Shown in pieces: positions 28,840-38,270 of a stretch of DNA of 64,000 bases. Source of the DNA: an uncultured Planctomycetota bacterium (GTDB lineage Bacteria > Planctomycetota > Planctomycetia > Isosphaerales > Isosphaeraceae); the NCBI GenBank assembly GCA_963823665.1, contig CAWGMQ010000008.1:896001-960000 (forward strand), written 5' to 3'. Position 1 is the stretch's first letter; every line of letters starts with the position of its first letter. The notes beneath the pieces are model-generated. The model was given only the letters and a program-made list of their open reading frames with translations. It had not been told where the DNA came from and did not search any database. Both the position numbers and the translations under genes were made by a program.

Positions 28840-29027
28840 TGGGCTGTTGAAAACTTGCGGTATCAGCAACGAAGATTTTCGGCGCGAATGTTGCGCGAAG
28901 CTCCCCCCCTTCAGAAGCGGGAGCCAGGGTGGGCTGTCGAAAACTCGCAGTATACGGAGCGGAGATTTCCCGCGGCGAAAATGTTCCGCCAAGTTCCCCC
29001 CCCTTTAGAAGGGGGGGCCAGGGGGGG
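28840..29027 (+). repeat. Two ~90-bp tandem units, each ending in a CCCCCCTT..AAG(G/C)GGG palindrome
   Basis: tgggctgt(t/c)gaaaact starts at 28840 and 28930; each unit has agattt...aatgtt.cgc.aag.tcccccc. Confidence 0.8.
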
Positions 29028-29136
29028 TCCGTCCCGGCGACCGCCATCACAAACCCTTCGCGCAACAGAAAACGCCGAATCGTTCACCGCGAACGTTGCG
29101 ACGATCGTCCGCTTTTCATCAGCCAAGGCTCCGGCT

Positions 29137-29793
29137 TTACCTGCGCGGCGGAGCTGCCGCCGTGGGGGCGCCACCGCGGCCCGGCGTGGAAACCTGACCA
29201 CGCCCAGCGGTCACGTTTCCTGACCTGGCGCCGGCCACACCCGCTCCCAGCCCCACGCCCACGGGAACACGACCCCTCGCACCATGAGCGACCCGCGCCG
29301 TATTCGAGTTGATATACTGGCCGCCCCGCAATCCCGGATAATAATTATGCGTGACCGCCCTCATGGCTGACGCCGGAGGGCGAGTAATGCGCTCCGGCAC
29401 ACGCCGTGCGCTCGAATCGGCTGGAACTTCGGAGTCCTTCGGTGTCTTGCCACGAGCGGCTGCGGCCGAGCCGCCTCCCCCTGAAGCGGCTGCCCGCCTC
29501 CCTTGCGATGACGGCGCCGGTACCGCGACCTTCCGGGTGGTCGTGACCCGGTTGAACGTCGACATCCGGGCCGTCGGGGCCGAGGTCGTCCCGGTGCCGG
29601 CGACGACGCGCGGTGCACTTCCGCTGGACGGCACGTTTGCCCCCGCTCCGGCCGGTTGCGCACCTGTGCCGCTGCCGACCACGCCGGCGGATTGAGCATC
29701 ACTTCCCGTTCCAGCCGTTTGCGCGCCTGCGTCAGCCCCGCCGAAAAAGAACGCCAGTGCCACGGCCCGTCCGATTCGGTAGACGTCTCTCAT
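29137..29793 (-). CDS. Low-complexity exported hypothetical protein
   Basis: Signal-like N-terminus; Gly/Ala/Thr-rich body; HNYYPGLRGGQY..N motif. Confidence 0.55.
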   Translation of the reverse strand: MRDVYRIGRAVALAFFFGGADAGAQTAGTGSDAQSAGVVGSGTGAQPAGAGANVPSSGSAPRVVAGTGTTSAPTARMSTFNRVTTTRKVAVPAPSSQGRRAAASGGGGSAAAARGKTPKDSEVPADSSARRVPERITRPPASAMRAVTHNYYPGLRGGQYINSNTARVAHGARGRVPVGVGLGAGVAGARSGNVTAGRGQVSTPGRGGAPTAAAPPRR

Positions 29794-29947
29794 GGCTCCC
29801 GTCCCTTCCGTCGGCATATGTCAGGCCGATGCCGTTCGTTCACGATTCATTCGGGCGAAGAAACTCGCAAGCTGATCCTCACCCTACATTATCACCCTTC
29901 AAGCTTCCTTGCACAAGAAGGAAGCGGCTCACTCGCCGAACTCGGCA

Positions 29948-30544
29948 TTACGCTTCGCCCACTCGCTCACCCTCAACCGCTGCCTTCCGGTTTCGATAGA
30001 GTGCCGGGTCCACCGTCCCGGCCATTGCTGCCCTGTCCGCCTGGCCCGGAAGAAACTCGCTGATGCGAGCAGATTGCTCAGCCGGACGCTCGACGACTTC
30101 CTTGTATTGAACATACAGCACCTCGAAATTGCGCTGCTCGGCCAGCCACGCCCGCAGCTTTTCCAGGTGCCGGGTGAAGTGCTGCTTGATCGCCTCGCTC
30201 GGGGCCGAGGGCTTGCCCAGCCGCGCGAGCATCTTCTCCTGCGAGCGAATCATCTCGTCCAGGTCTCGCTCCATGAAGACCACCCGGTACTTCTCCGTCG
30301 GCGGCAGCTCGTAAAGAAGCTGAGACACCATCTTGAAGGCCTTTCCGCGCGTGCCCGGCAGCCACGACACATCCTCCTTGATCTTCTTCACCTTCTCAAA
30401 CTCGTAGTAGCCCCGCGGGTTGTCGGTGTCCGCTGTCCGGATGTTGTCGGTGACGACCGAGACGCCGCCGTTCTCGAGCATTTGCATCATGAGCGACGTG
30501 CCGGATCTCGGCAGCCCGGAAACGATGATGATCTCGTTCTGCAC
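29948..30544 (-). CDS. PAPS-dependent sulfotransferase-fold protein
   Basis: VSGLPRSGTSLMMQML, DNPRGYYEFE, FMERDLDE...SQ; GTG start after AAAGGAG. Confidence 0.88.
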   Translation of the reverse strand: MQNEIIIVSGLPRSGTSLMMQMLENGGVSVVTDNIRTADTDNPRGYYEFEKVKKIKEDVSWLPGTRGKAFKMVSQLLYELPPTEKYRVVFMERDLDEMIRSQEKMLARLGKPSAPSEAIKQHFTRHLEKLRAWLAEQRNFEVLYVQYKEVVERPAEQSARISEFLPGQADRAAMAGTVDPALYRNRKAAVEGERVGEA

Positions 30545-30576
30545 TTTCGAAGACTCCTTTCCCGAAGGGGCGCCAT

Positions 30577-31422
30577 TCAGATGTTGACCTTGAGCACACC
30601 CTTGAAACAAAAGGCGGCGACCATCGACACCAGGAATAAGTAGATGACCCAGTAGCCACTTCCGCTCGTGTACGAAGAGCGCTCGGGGTACGTGATCGTG
30701 ATCGAGTGCACCGGCTCGCCCGGCCGGAACGGTTTTTCCCAAGGGTTCAGCAGAATCTGCCACCAGTTCCAGCCGGGCCGCTCCATGCTCACCCGCATGA
30801 ACCCACCGCCGACGGCAAGCTCCTTCGTGACGGGTTGGCCACCGACCTGGAAAAAAAGCCGGTATTCCCCGGCTTTCTTCGCCTTCACATTCCAGCACAC
30901 CTCCCGCTCCTTCCGCACCCGCACCGGCCCGGCAATCACCTCCACGGCCTCCGTGGGCTCCAGGCTCACGGCCGGCCAGCTTGATGCGGGCTCGCCGCCC
31001 AGCTTGAGCGCGATCACGGCCTCTTCGCCCAGGGCGAGCGGCCGCGCCTCGTACCAGAGTGCCAGTTGTGCCAGGAGAAGAGTCATGGGTACGACCATCA
31101 CCAGCATCGGCACAAGCGCCAAGACAAGGAGCATTCCCGCGCCTCTGAAGATGCGCCCCTGCGCCTCAAGCGCCACCCGCGCACTGTCCTTGAACAGCCT
31201 TAGCGCCAGGAGATGAGCGTTGATATCGTTGCGCACTCGCTTTATCGCGTCCTGACTCGACGTGTATTTGAACATCGCGAGCATCAGCACGCCCGTCACC
31301 GCGGAGACGACCGTCGCGGAAACCCAGCCGGGCACCAAGCCGACCCACCCGAGCAGAAACCGCCCCAGGAAACTCGCCGCGGCAGAGAGCCACGCAGCCG
31401 CCAGAGCCAGTCCGTACATCAT
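30577..31422 (-). CDS. Membrane protein (3-4 TM) of the phosphodiesterase/sulfotransferase operon
   Basis: Hydrophobic segments; FKYTSSQDAIKRVR...LALRLFKDS; translationally coupled to the upstream gene. Confidence 0.8.
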   Translation of the reverse strand: MMYGLALAAAWLSAAASFLGRFLLGWVGLVPGWVSATVVSAVTGVLMLAMFKYTSSQDAIKRVRNDINAHLLALRLFKDSARVALEAQGRIFRGAGMLLVLALVPMLVMVVPMTLLLAQLALWYEARPLALGEEAVIALKLGGEPASSWPAVSLEPTEAVEVIAGPVRVRKEREVCWNVKAKKAGEYRLFFQVGGQPVTKELAVGGGFMRVSMERPGWNWWQILLNPWEKPFRPGEPVHSITITYPERSSYTSGSGYWVIYLFLVSMVAAFCFKGVLKVNI

Positions 31423-31604
31423 TCGATGTATCCCAGGCCCCGAAGCTGGTCCGCCACCGGTCCCTCGGCTTCGTCAACTTTGAGCCGCTGGATCTCCTTC
31501 TCGATGCAGTTGGCGATGAACTCCTCGACGCTGCTGTACCCCGCAGCCACAGCCGCACGCTTGGCGCGGTCGAACAGCCCCGGCTCGATCTTCACCTTCA
31601 CCAC
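31419..31604 (-). CDS. 61-aa protein with RHH-like N-terminus and C-terminal LRGLGYIE motif
   Basis: MVKVKIEPGLFDRAKRAAVAAGYSSVEEFI...VADQLRGLGYIE; GGGAGAG RBS; coupled to the next gene. Confidence 0.8.
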   Translation of the reverse strand: MVKVKIEPGLFDRAKRAAVAAGYSSVEEFIANCIEKEIQRLKVDEAEGPVADQLRGLGYIE

Positions 31605-31637
31605 GACTCGCTCTCCCCCGGATAATGAATCGATCTC

Positions 31638-33683
31638 TCACGTCGAAAGCACGTTCTTCCCGACCATCTGCGGCGGCACCGGCAAGTTGAACTCGGCAAG
31701 GATCGACGGCGCCAGATCGACCAGCGACGGCGAATCGCCGCGGATAGCGCGATTACAGAACAACACCCCGGGCACCTCGAGCGCATCCGCACAGTGGTCG
31801 GCCGACCAGGCCTGGTCGTTGGCAAGCAGAAACTCGTCCGTGAGATTGCCCAGCGTCGTCGCCCACGAGGCGCGGAAGCCGCGGTGATAGCCAATGATCA
31901 GGTCCGGCGCGAGCGCCGTCGCGTTTCCGGTGTAGATCTTGTCCGAGCGGTACGCGCCGCGAATCACCGGCTGCCCGTTCGCGTCCGTCACCGCCTGAAG
32001 CCGCTCGATGATCTCGGCCAGCAATGCCTCACGCTGCTCGCCCGGCTCGACGATCCCGTTGCGCTCTCGCCCCTTCATGTTGAGATAGAGTCCGTTGATA
32101 CCCAGGCCGTACGCAACGGTCTGCGACCAGTCGACGTCCGTCATGATCGACGTGCACTCAGGCGGACGGAGATAATCCCATGACCGAAGCCAGGTGTTCA
32201 CATTGAACTGCTGCCCGAAGTTGGCGAATCCGTGGTCGCTCATCACGATCAAGGTCGCCTGCCGGCCGTATCGATCCATCAGATCGCCGATCACCTGGTC
32301 GATCTTCCGGTAAAGCTGGTGCACGTGGCCGAAATACTTCTTGGCCTCGGCGTCGCTCCGGATCGGGTGCGGCTCGTCCGAATCCCACCAGAACATGTGC
32401 GACTGCAAGTCGCTGCTCGAGAAATAGAAGAAAAGCAGCCCGTCTTCGTAGTTCTCCATCGCGTAGTCCAAGAGCGCGAGCCGCGCCTCGAGCACCATGC
32501 CGGCCTGCCGCGCATACTCGTCGTCGACGAAGACGCCGTTGTTCCGCGCGCTGTAATCTTCCTGAAAGCCCGTCGTGGCAAACGGCCCGAGCCGGCCCGC
32601 GACATCCTTCACGAAACCCGCCGGCTCCGAGATCGGCAAGGCCGGCTCGCGCGGATCCATGTTGATCGGAGAGACGTAAAGCCGGAAATTGGGCGTAACT
32701 TCCTGAAGGTAGAACCGGCAGATTCCCGTCACGCTCTGACCCAGCATGAACCACGGCACCGAAAGCGGGAAATCCACCTTCGTCCAGCCGCTCCACTGGC
32801 CCGCCTTGAGCACGATTCGCCGTTCTTTGATCTGGATCACGGCCGAGTTGGCGTCTCGGTCGCGATGCACGACAAAGTCGATCCCGATCGGTTTCGGGCT
32901 CTTGAGCAGGGCGTCATCCGGCCCGACCAGCCGGGCCGCCGCGCGATCATCCTCGAACGTGAGCCTCGACCGCTTGCCCCCGCCTTCGTCGAGCCCATCC
33001 GCAGGTCCGTTTTCGGCAAAATGCTGGTACGTCCCGTACCCCCCCATCATGTCCGGCGTGCCCATCCCGCAAATACAACGGTGGTGCCCGTGATGCGACG
33101 GGCTCGCCGGATAGTTGCTCGGGATGTCGTAAAACGTCGAAGGCACCCCCGCAGCGTCCAGGTAGTCCCAGAATGGAATTCCCTGCCGCCTGAGCACCGG
33201 CTTGGGGGGCTTGTGATTGAAAGGAAAGAAATCAAGCGGGATCCTGTAATCGCCGGTCTCCCACGCCCCGACCCCCGGCAGCATCTCCGATGCCGAGTAA
33301 AACGGTGCGACTTGCTCCTCCGGATGGCGATGGATGAAGTCAAAGATCCCGTGGTTGCCCGGCCCGGCCCCATTGATGAAGTTGGCCCACGCAACCGGGC
33401 TCTGCGGCGGCGTGCTCGTGCCCAGGGGACTGAATCCGCCTCCGGCACGCAGCTTTTCCAGATTGGGTAAGAGCCCCTCTTTCATCATCCGCTCCGAGAG
33501 CCGCGGATCCATCCCGTCAATTCCAATGATGATCACCTTTTTGCTGGCGCTGCGCGACACATTTCGCCGCGAGCCCAGCCAGTAGTTGCCCGCGCCATAG
33601 GCCGCGGCACCCAGAGCCGCCGCACCGGCCGTGCCCGCGAGCAACGTTCGCCGGCTGATCTTGGGAGCAGCGTTCTCACTCAT
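31638..33683 (-). CDS. AlkP-superfamily (type I phosphodiesterase/nucleotide pyrophosphatase-like) protein with Tat-type signal
   Basis: SRRTLL twin-Arg; IIGIDGMD, STPPQSPVAW, HGIFDF, SDHGF, WSADHC. Confidence 0.9.
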   Translation of the reverse strand: MSENAAPKISRRTLLAGTAGAAALGAAAYGAGNYWLGSRRNVSRSASKKVIIIGIDGMDPRLSERMMKEGLLPNLEKLRAGGGFSPLGTSTPPQSPVAWANFINGAGPGNHGIFDFIHRHPEEQVAPFYSASEMLPGVGAWETGDYRIPLDFFPFNHKPPKPVLRRQGIPFWDYLDAAGVPSTFYDIPSNYPASPSHHGHHRCICGMGTPDMMGGYGTYQHFAENGPADGLDEGGGKRSRLTFEDDRAAARLVGPDDALLKSPKPIGIDFVVHRDRDANSAVIQIKERRIVLKAGQWSGWTKVDFPLSVPWFMLGQSVTGICRFYLQEVTPNFRLYVSPINMDPREPALPISEPAGFVKDVAGRLGPFATTGFQEDYSARNNGVFVDDEYARQAGMVLEARLALLDYAMENYEDGLLFFYFSSSDLQSHMFWWDSDEPHPIRSDAEAKKYFGHVHQLYRKIDQVIGDLMDRYGRQATLIVMSDHGFANFGQQFNVNTWLRSWDYLRPPECTSIMTDVDWSQTVAYGLGINGLYLNMKGRERNGIVEPGEQREALLAEIIERLQAVTDANGQPVIRGAYRSDKIYTGNATALAPDLIIGYHRGFRASWATTLGNLTDEFLLANDQAWSADHCADALEVPGVLFCNRAIRGDSPSLVDLAPSILAEFNLPVPPQMVGKNVLST

Positions 33684-35836
33684 GATACCGCCTCGACCAG
33701 GGCGTCTTCTTGCGGGACCTTGGTCTTTCCGCTGCCGGCGCCGACATCGAGCGCCTTGCCGTCCATGTAATCCGGGACAGTGATACCGAACATCGAAAGC
33801 ACCGTCGGCGCAATATCGATCAAACGCGGGTTCTCGTTCGCAATCGAGTGGGTGCAGAACAGGATTCCGGGCACGAGCGAGGGGTCAACACAGTGATCGC
33901 CGCTCCACGCCTTGGTATTCGGCTGGAAGACAGACCGAGTCGTCTTGCCGATGGCCGCCTCCCACGAGACGCGGTAGCCTCGCTGGTAGCCGACAATCAG
34001 GTCCGGCGCATTGTCCTTGTACGGGCCGCGATAGAACTTGCCGGCCACGTAAACTCGCTTCACGGCGCTCTGATGGGCTGACGTGTCAACCAGCCCCTCG
34101 AGCCTGCCGGCGATCTCGCTCCGCAGGCTGTCCGCCTCCTCGCCCGGCTCGACGATCCCCTGGGCGTACTTGTCTTTCAGGTTGATGAATATCCCCGCCA
34201 GGCCGATCGCAAACGCCCGCGTCCGCGACCAGTCCACCCCGGCCAGGTGTTCCTCGCCCCGACGCGCGTCGTCCACCGTCAGGTAGCCGTTCTCCTCGAG
34301 CCACCGGTTCAGGTCGATTCCCGTGCGGAACGGGCCGAAGCCGTGGTCCGAGATCACCATGACCATCGTCCCCATGTCCCGGCACTTATCGAGCGTCTTG
34401 CCCACTAAGTCATCCATTCGCCGGTAAAGGTCCTCGATCACGTTGCGCCCGGCCACAACCTCGGGGTCGGGCCGAGCGGGGTGTGTCGCGTCGATGTCGC
34501 GCCAGAACGTGTGCTGCAGCCGGTCGGTACCGTCGAAAACGCAGGCGACTAGCCCGCGCGGAACCTTGTCAATCGCGTCCAGAAACATCGTCTCGCGCTC
34601 GGCATCCATGTCCAGGCACTGCTGGATGAAGTGGTCGTCGCTGAGCACGCCTTCATTCAAGGCCCACGTGTCCTCGGCCAGCCCGAGCGTCGCAAACGTT
34701 CCTTGCTTCTTGGCCAGGTACATCGAATACACCGATGGGTAGCCCACCGGCATCGCCGGCTTTTCCGGATCGATATTGATCGGTGTCACGTAAAGCCCGA
34801 ACTCGGGCTTGGTCGAAAGCAGCAGGAACTTGCACACCCCGCGCACCTTCATCCCCAGCCCGGCGCGAAAATCGACGGGAATCCAGTCGGTGTAAACATC
34901 CTTGCGCAGCTCGATCTTGTCCTTGCCGACGGAGAGAATCGCACGGTCGTCGCCTTCCGTCTTGACTGAAAACGGCAGGCGCAGCTCGCCCGCGGAAGCC
35001 ACCAGTGGGTTCGGCGGTCCAACCAGATCCGCATGCACGATCCCGCCTTCGCACGTGACGTGATGAACCTCGCCGCCGATCTTCTCGCCTTCGTCGAGCT
35101 TTCTCGTGGTGTAGTACGAGAACATCCCCTGCGTCCCGCGCAGGTCCGGCACGCACATCGCAGAGAGCAGCACGCCCCAGAGCTTCTCGGCAGGCCACGT
35201 GATCGGCACCCGCAAAACGGCGCTGAAAATCCCGTACTTGCTCAGGATGCTCCAGAACGGCTGGCTCTTTCTCAGCAGCCGCAGATCGGCCTTGCCCAGC
35301 GGGATTCGATACTTCCCGAGCTGAATCGACCTGCGCGGCGGGCGAATCTCCACCGAGCTGAGCTTCGCACAGTACGTGCGCAGGTCCGGCGTCAGGAAGT
35401 CGAAGATGTTGTGTTTGCCCGGGTTCACCCCCGTTTGAAACGTGGACCATGCAACCGGCGAAAGCGGCGGCACCGTCGTGCCCAGCGGCTTGAAGCAGCC
35501 GCGCTCCCGCAGCCGGGCAAGCTGCGGGAGCTTCCCCTCCTCGAGCATGGTTTCCGTCAGGCCGTGGTCCATGCCGTCGAGGCCGAGAATCACCACCCGC
35601 TTGAACCGGCTCCGCCGCAGCGCCCGCCATCCGAAAATCGTCCGCTTGAGCAACCGCACCGGCCAGGTGATGAAGGTCAGCATCGCCGAGAAGACGGCCG
35701 CGAAGACGGCGAAGAACGAGCCCGCCACCGCAAAGCCGGCCCCGGGCCCGATGTAGGCGTGCGCCTCTCCCGGCCAGAGCAGCAACAGCGCGAAGCCGAG
35801 CAAAAGCCACCGGAATCTCCTGATGCGAGCGCTCAT
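33680..35836 (-). CDS. AlkP-superfamily phosphodiesterase-like protein, paralog with AHA-YIGPGAG membrane N-terminus
   Basis: ILGLDGMD, TVPPLSPVAWSTFQTG.NPGKHNIFDF, SDHGF, WSGDHC. Confidence 0.9.
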   Translation of the reverse strand: MSARIRRFRWLLLGFALLLLWPGEAHAYIGPGAGFAVAGSFFAVFAAVFSAMLTFITWPVRLLKRTIFGWRALRRSRFKRVVILGLDGMDHGLTETMLEEGKLPQLARLRERGCFKPLGTTVPPLSPVAWSTFQTGVNPGKHNIFDFLTPDLRTYCAKLSSVEIRPPRRSIQLGKYRIPLGKADLRLLRKSQPFWSILSKYGIFSAVLRVPITWPAEKLWGVLLSAMCVPDLRGTQGMFSYYTTRKLDEGEKIGGEVHHVTCEGGIVHADLVGPPNPLVASAGELRLPFSVKTEGDDRAILSVGKDKIELRKDVYTDWIPVDFRAGLGMKVRGVCKFLLLSTKPEFGLYVTPINIDPEKPAMPVGYPSVYSMYLAKKQGTFATLGLAEDTWALNEGVLSDDHFIQQCLDMDAERETMFLDAIDKVPRGLVACVFDGTDRLQHTFWRDIDATHPARPDPEVVAGRNVIEDLYRRMDDLVGKTLDKCRDMGTMVMVISDHGFGPFRTGIDLNRWLEENGYLTVDDARRGEEHLAGVDWSRTRAFAIGLAGIFINLKDKYAQGIVEPGEEADSLRSEIAGRLEGLVDTSAHQSAVKRVYVAGKFYRGPYKDNAPDLIVGYQRGYRVSWEAAIGKTTRSVFQPNTKAWSGDHCVDPSLVPGILFCTHSIANENPRLIDIAPTVLSMFGITVPDYMDGKALDVGAGSGKTKVPQEDALVEAVS

Positions 35837-37992
35837 TTCTTCGGGGCTTCCTTCGACTTCTCCGCGCCCTTGGCAGGCGCTGAATCCTTCGGTTGCGTCT
35901 CTTCAACCGTCTTGCCGGGCTTAAGGTCTTTCCCGGCCAGACCAGCATAATCCGGGCCATAACGATAGGCACGAAACACCGACGCACCACCCGGCGGGCC
36001 TGTGAACAAGAACGCGGGAGGTCCGCCGCCCTGACCGCCACCGCCCGGTGGACCACCTCCACCCGGGCCGCCGCCCGGCCCGCCGCGAGCGAAATCGGCC
36101 TTGATCTGTTTCAATCGTCCCTTCTGATCAGCGGTGAGAACTTTCTCGAGCCCCGCGTCGACCGTCTTCTGAAGGTCCACAAGCTGCGTCTTTTGCTCGG
36201 CCGTGGGCTTGAGTGTGATCTGCGTCGCGGTCGCGATGATCTGGCCCGGTGGCGGCATCGCGCCCATTCCGGCCTGCGCACTCCGCTCGCGTAAACTCTT
36301 CCTCTGGTCCGCCGTCAAAACCTTCTCAAGCGTCTCGTCCACCGTCTTCTGAAGCGCGGTCACCTGCTTCTTCTGCTCGCCGGAGAGACCCAGCATGTCC
36401 TGCACGAACGAGACCAGCACTTGATTGGGCTGCGGCGGCGGACCGCCAGGGCCCCCTCGACCCGGCCCGAAGCCCCCCTTGACCGGGTTCACGTACTTCC
36501 ACACGGTCTCCTTCTCCGGCGTCACCTCGAAAAGCGTGCCGTTGGGACCCGAGCAGATCAGTGTGTTGCCGTTCGGCAGCCGCTGAGCGCCCGAGATGAA
36601 AAACGCGTAGAAATCCGACTTTTTCGGTGCCGAGTAGCTCCAGATGGCCTTCGCGGGCCCGTAGGCCGTGCCTGCCTTCAGCTCGTAACGCCCCTGAGAA
36701 TCGACGGGGGGCGCGATCTCGTCGACCGACGAGTAGTCTCCGTCAGGCCGGTGCCCGCCGTTGTTGAAGATCAGGATGTGCCCTTCACCGGGCAGCCCGG
36801 GGCGAATCCAGCTCGCGTTGTGCTGCGCGAAGAGCCTCTGGTCGGCGTGGGTGCCTGCACGGTAAGCGCGCGGATTGCCCCAGCGATACAGCAGGTCGCC
36901 ACCCTTGCCCGATCGCCCGCCTGAATGGCCCGCGGCTTCCGCGTTGGTGGTGCTGTGGTCGATGATCCAGATCTCGGAGAGCTCGTGCACGCTCATGACG
37001 ATCTGATCGAGCGCCGGGTTATAGTCGACCGAATTAACGTGAGTCCAGTCCGGGCTGATCCGCTGCGCTCGTGCCGCCGGTGCGCCCACGTATCCAATCG
37101 ACTTGAGCTTGTCCTGCTCTGCTTTGCTTCGCGCCTCTTTCGCCGCATCTTTCACTTTGGCGACCGCCGTCTTTGCGGGCGGGCCGCCTGGCCCCGGGCC
37201 CAGCGGGCTTTCCACGAAGTTGATGTCAACCAGCTCCGGATGCGCCGCCACGTCGCCAAAGTTGGCCTTCGTCGAGTCGTGATCCTGAATCACGTGGTCC
37301 CACAGATGCCATTCCCACACAATTTCGCCGGTAGTCTTGCCGGTTGGCTTGATCTCGAGCAGCGAGTCGGGAATCAAGTAGGTGCTCACCAGGTCTTTCT
37401 TCCGGCCCGCCGCGATCGCCTCTTCGTTGGTCTTCTTCTCCCAGACCACCATCAGACAGTTCCCGTTCGGAAGCTTGATCGCGTCGTGGTGCTGGAGCTG
37501 CTTGGCGCTGCTCATCTTGAAATCCCACAGCACCTCGCCGTCCCACGTGAACTCATTGACGCGTCCCGCCGAGCCCCCGCCGCCGCCGAAGCTCATCTCG
37601 TCACCGGCGTTCGCGACCCTGAAAAGGTGCCCGTCCTCGAGCAGGTACGCCACTTGCATCGAATTGTGCTGGGTCTGCCAGGTCTTGACCACGCGCCCTT
37701 CCATATCGAACAGGTACACCGTCTTTTGACCCATGGGATTGAGCAGTGTGTAACCGCGAAACGCCCCGGGGGCGTTGATCGAAAGCCCGAGCTTCGCCGC
37801 CGCCGGCGGCGATCCCGCTTGGTCCTTGCCGGGAGGGCCCGTCTTGCCTTTCACCGGCCCGGAGTCGCCACCAGGCGCCTGCGCAATGGCCTGTGTCCTG
37901 ACCAGCACCAGGCAGAGCAACGCGACGGTCGTCGCGGCAGCCAACCCGAGCCGGGCCGCGAGATGGGTCATCCTCTGGACCGGCATTCCCAT
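35833..37992 (-). CDS. Aryl-sulfate sulfotransferase (ASST)-like exported protein
   Basis: QHHD...LPNGN, WEWHLWDH, DWTHVNSVDYN, GDLLYRWGNP, QHNA, ISGAQRLPNGNTLI. Confidence 0.88.
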   Translation of the reverse strand: MGMPVQRMTHLAARLGLAAATTVALLCLVLVRTQAIAQAPGGDSGPVKGKTGPPGKDQAGSPPAAAKLGLSINAPGAFRGYTLLNPMGQKTVYLFDMEGRVVKTWQTQHNSMQVAYLLEDGHLFRVANAGDEMSFGGGGGSAGRVNEFTWDGEVLWDFKMSSAKQLQHHDAIKLPNGNCLMVVWEKKTNEEAIAAGRKKDLVSTYLIPDSLLEIKPTGKTTGEIVWEWHLWDHVIQDHDSTKANFGDVAAHPELVDINFVESPLGPGPGGPPAKTAVAKVKDAAKEARSKAEQDKLKSIGYVGAPAARAQRISPDWTHVNSVDYNPALDQIVMSVHELSEIWIIDHSTTNAEAAGHSGGRSGKGGDLLYRWGNPRAYRAGTHADQRLFAQHNASWIRPGLPGEGHILIFNNGGHRPDGDYSSVDEIAPPVDSQGRYELKAGTAYGPAKAIWSYSAPKKSDFYAFFISGAQRLPNGNTLICSGPNGTLFEVTPEKETVWKYVNPVKGGFGPGRGGPGGPPPQPNQVLVSFVQDMLGLSGEQKKQVTALQKTVDETLEKVLTADQRKSLRERSAQAGMGAMPPPGQIIATATQITLKPTAEQKTQLVDLQKTVDAGLEKVLTADQKGRLKQIKADFARGGPGGGPGGGGPPGGGGQGGGPPAFLFTGPPGGASVFRAYRYGPDYAGLAGKDLKPGKTVEETQPKDSAPAKGAEKSKEAPKK

Positions 37993-38270
37993 GAGATCAC
38001 TCCCCCTCTAGTCAAGGATCCTGAGCTTTGATAACACCACGATAACAAGAAAGCACGCCGAGATTCCACGCGCGACCACAGAGCCATGCCGCGTCGCGCC
38101 CTGTCCGCAGGGAGGGAAGACCGGCCAACCGAATACCCTTCCAGCTTGGCTTGCAAAGCGCACGGACGCAAGAGATCAGGCTCGCGAGTACGACTTCTAT
38201 ACGGGGGCCGCATGCCACCGGCGTGCGACACCATCGCGCCGAATTTGCCAGCACCGGCGCTCGTTGCGCC

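Noticed and set aside
32232..38031. Long antisense or alternative-frame ORFs (e.g. 32232-33470, 34653-36062, 36925-38031; also 747-1832, 57795-59024)
   Set aside because: Shadow ORFs of well-supported genes, expected in high-GC DNA.
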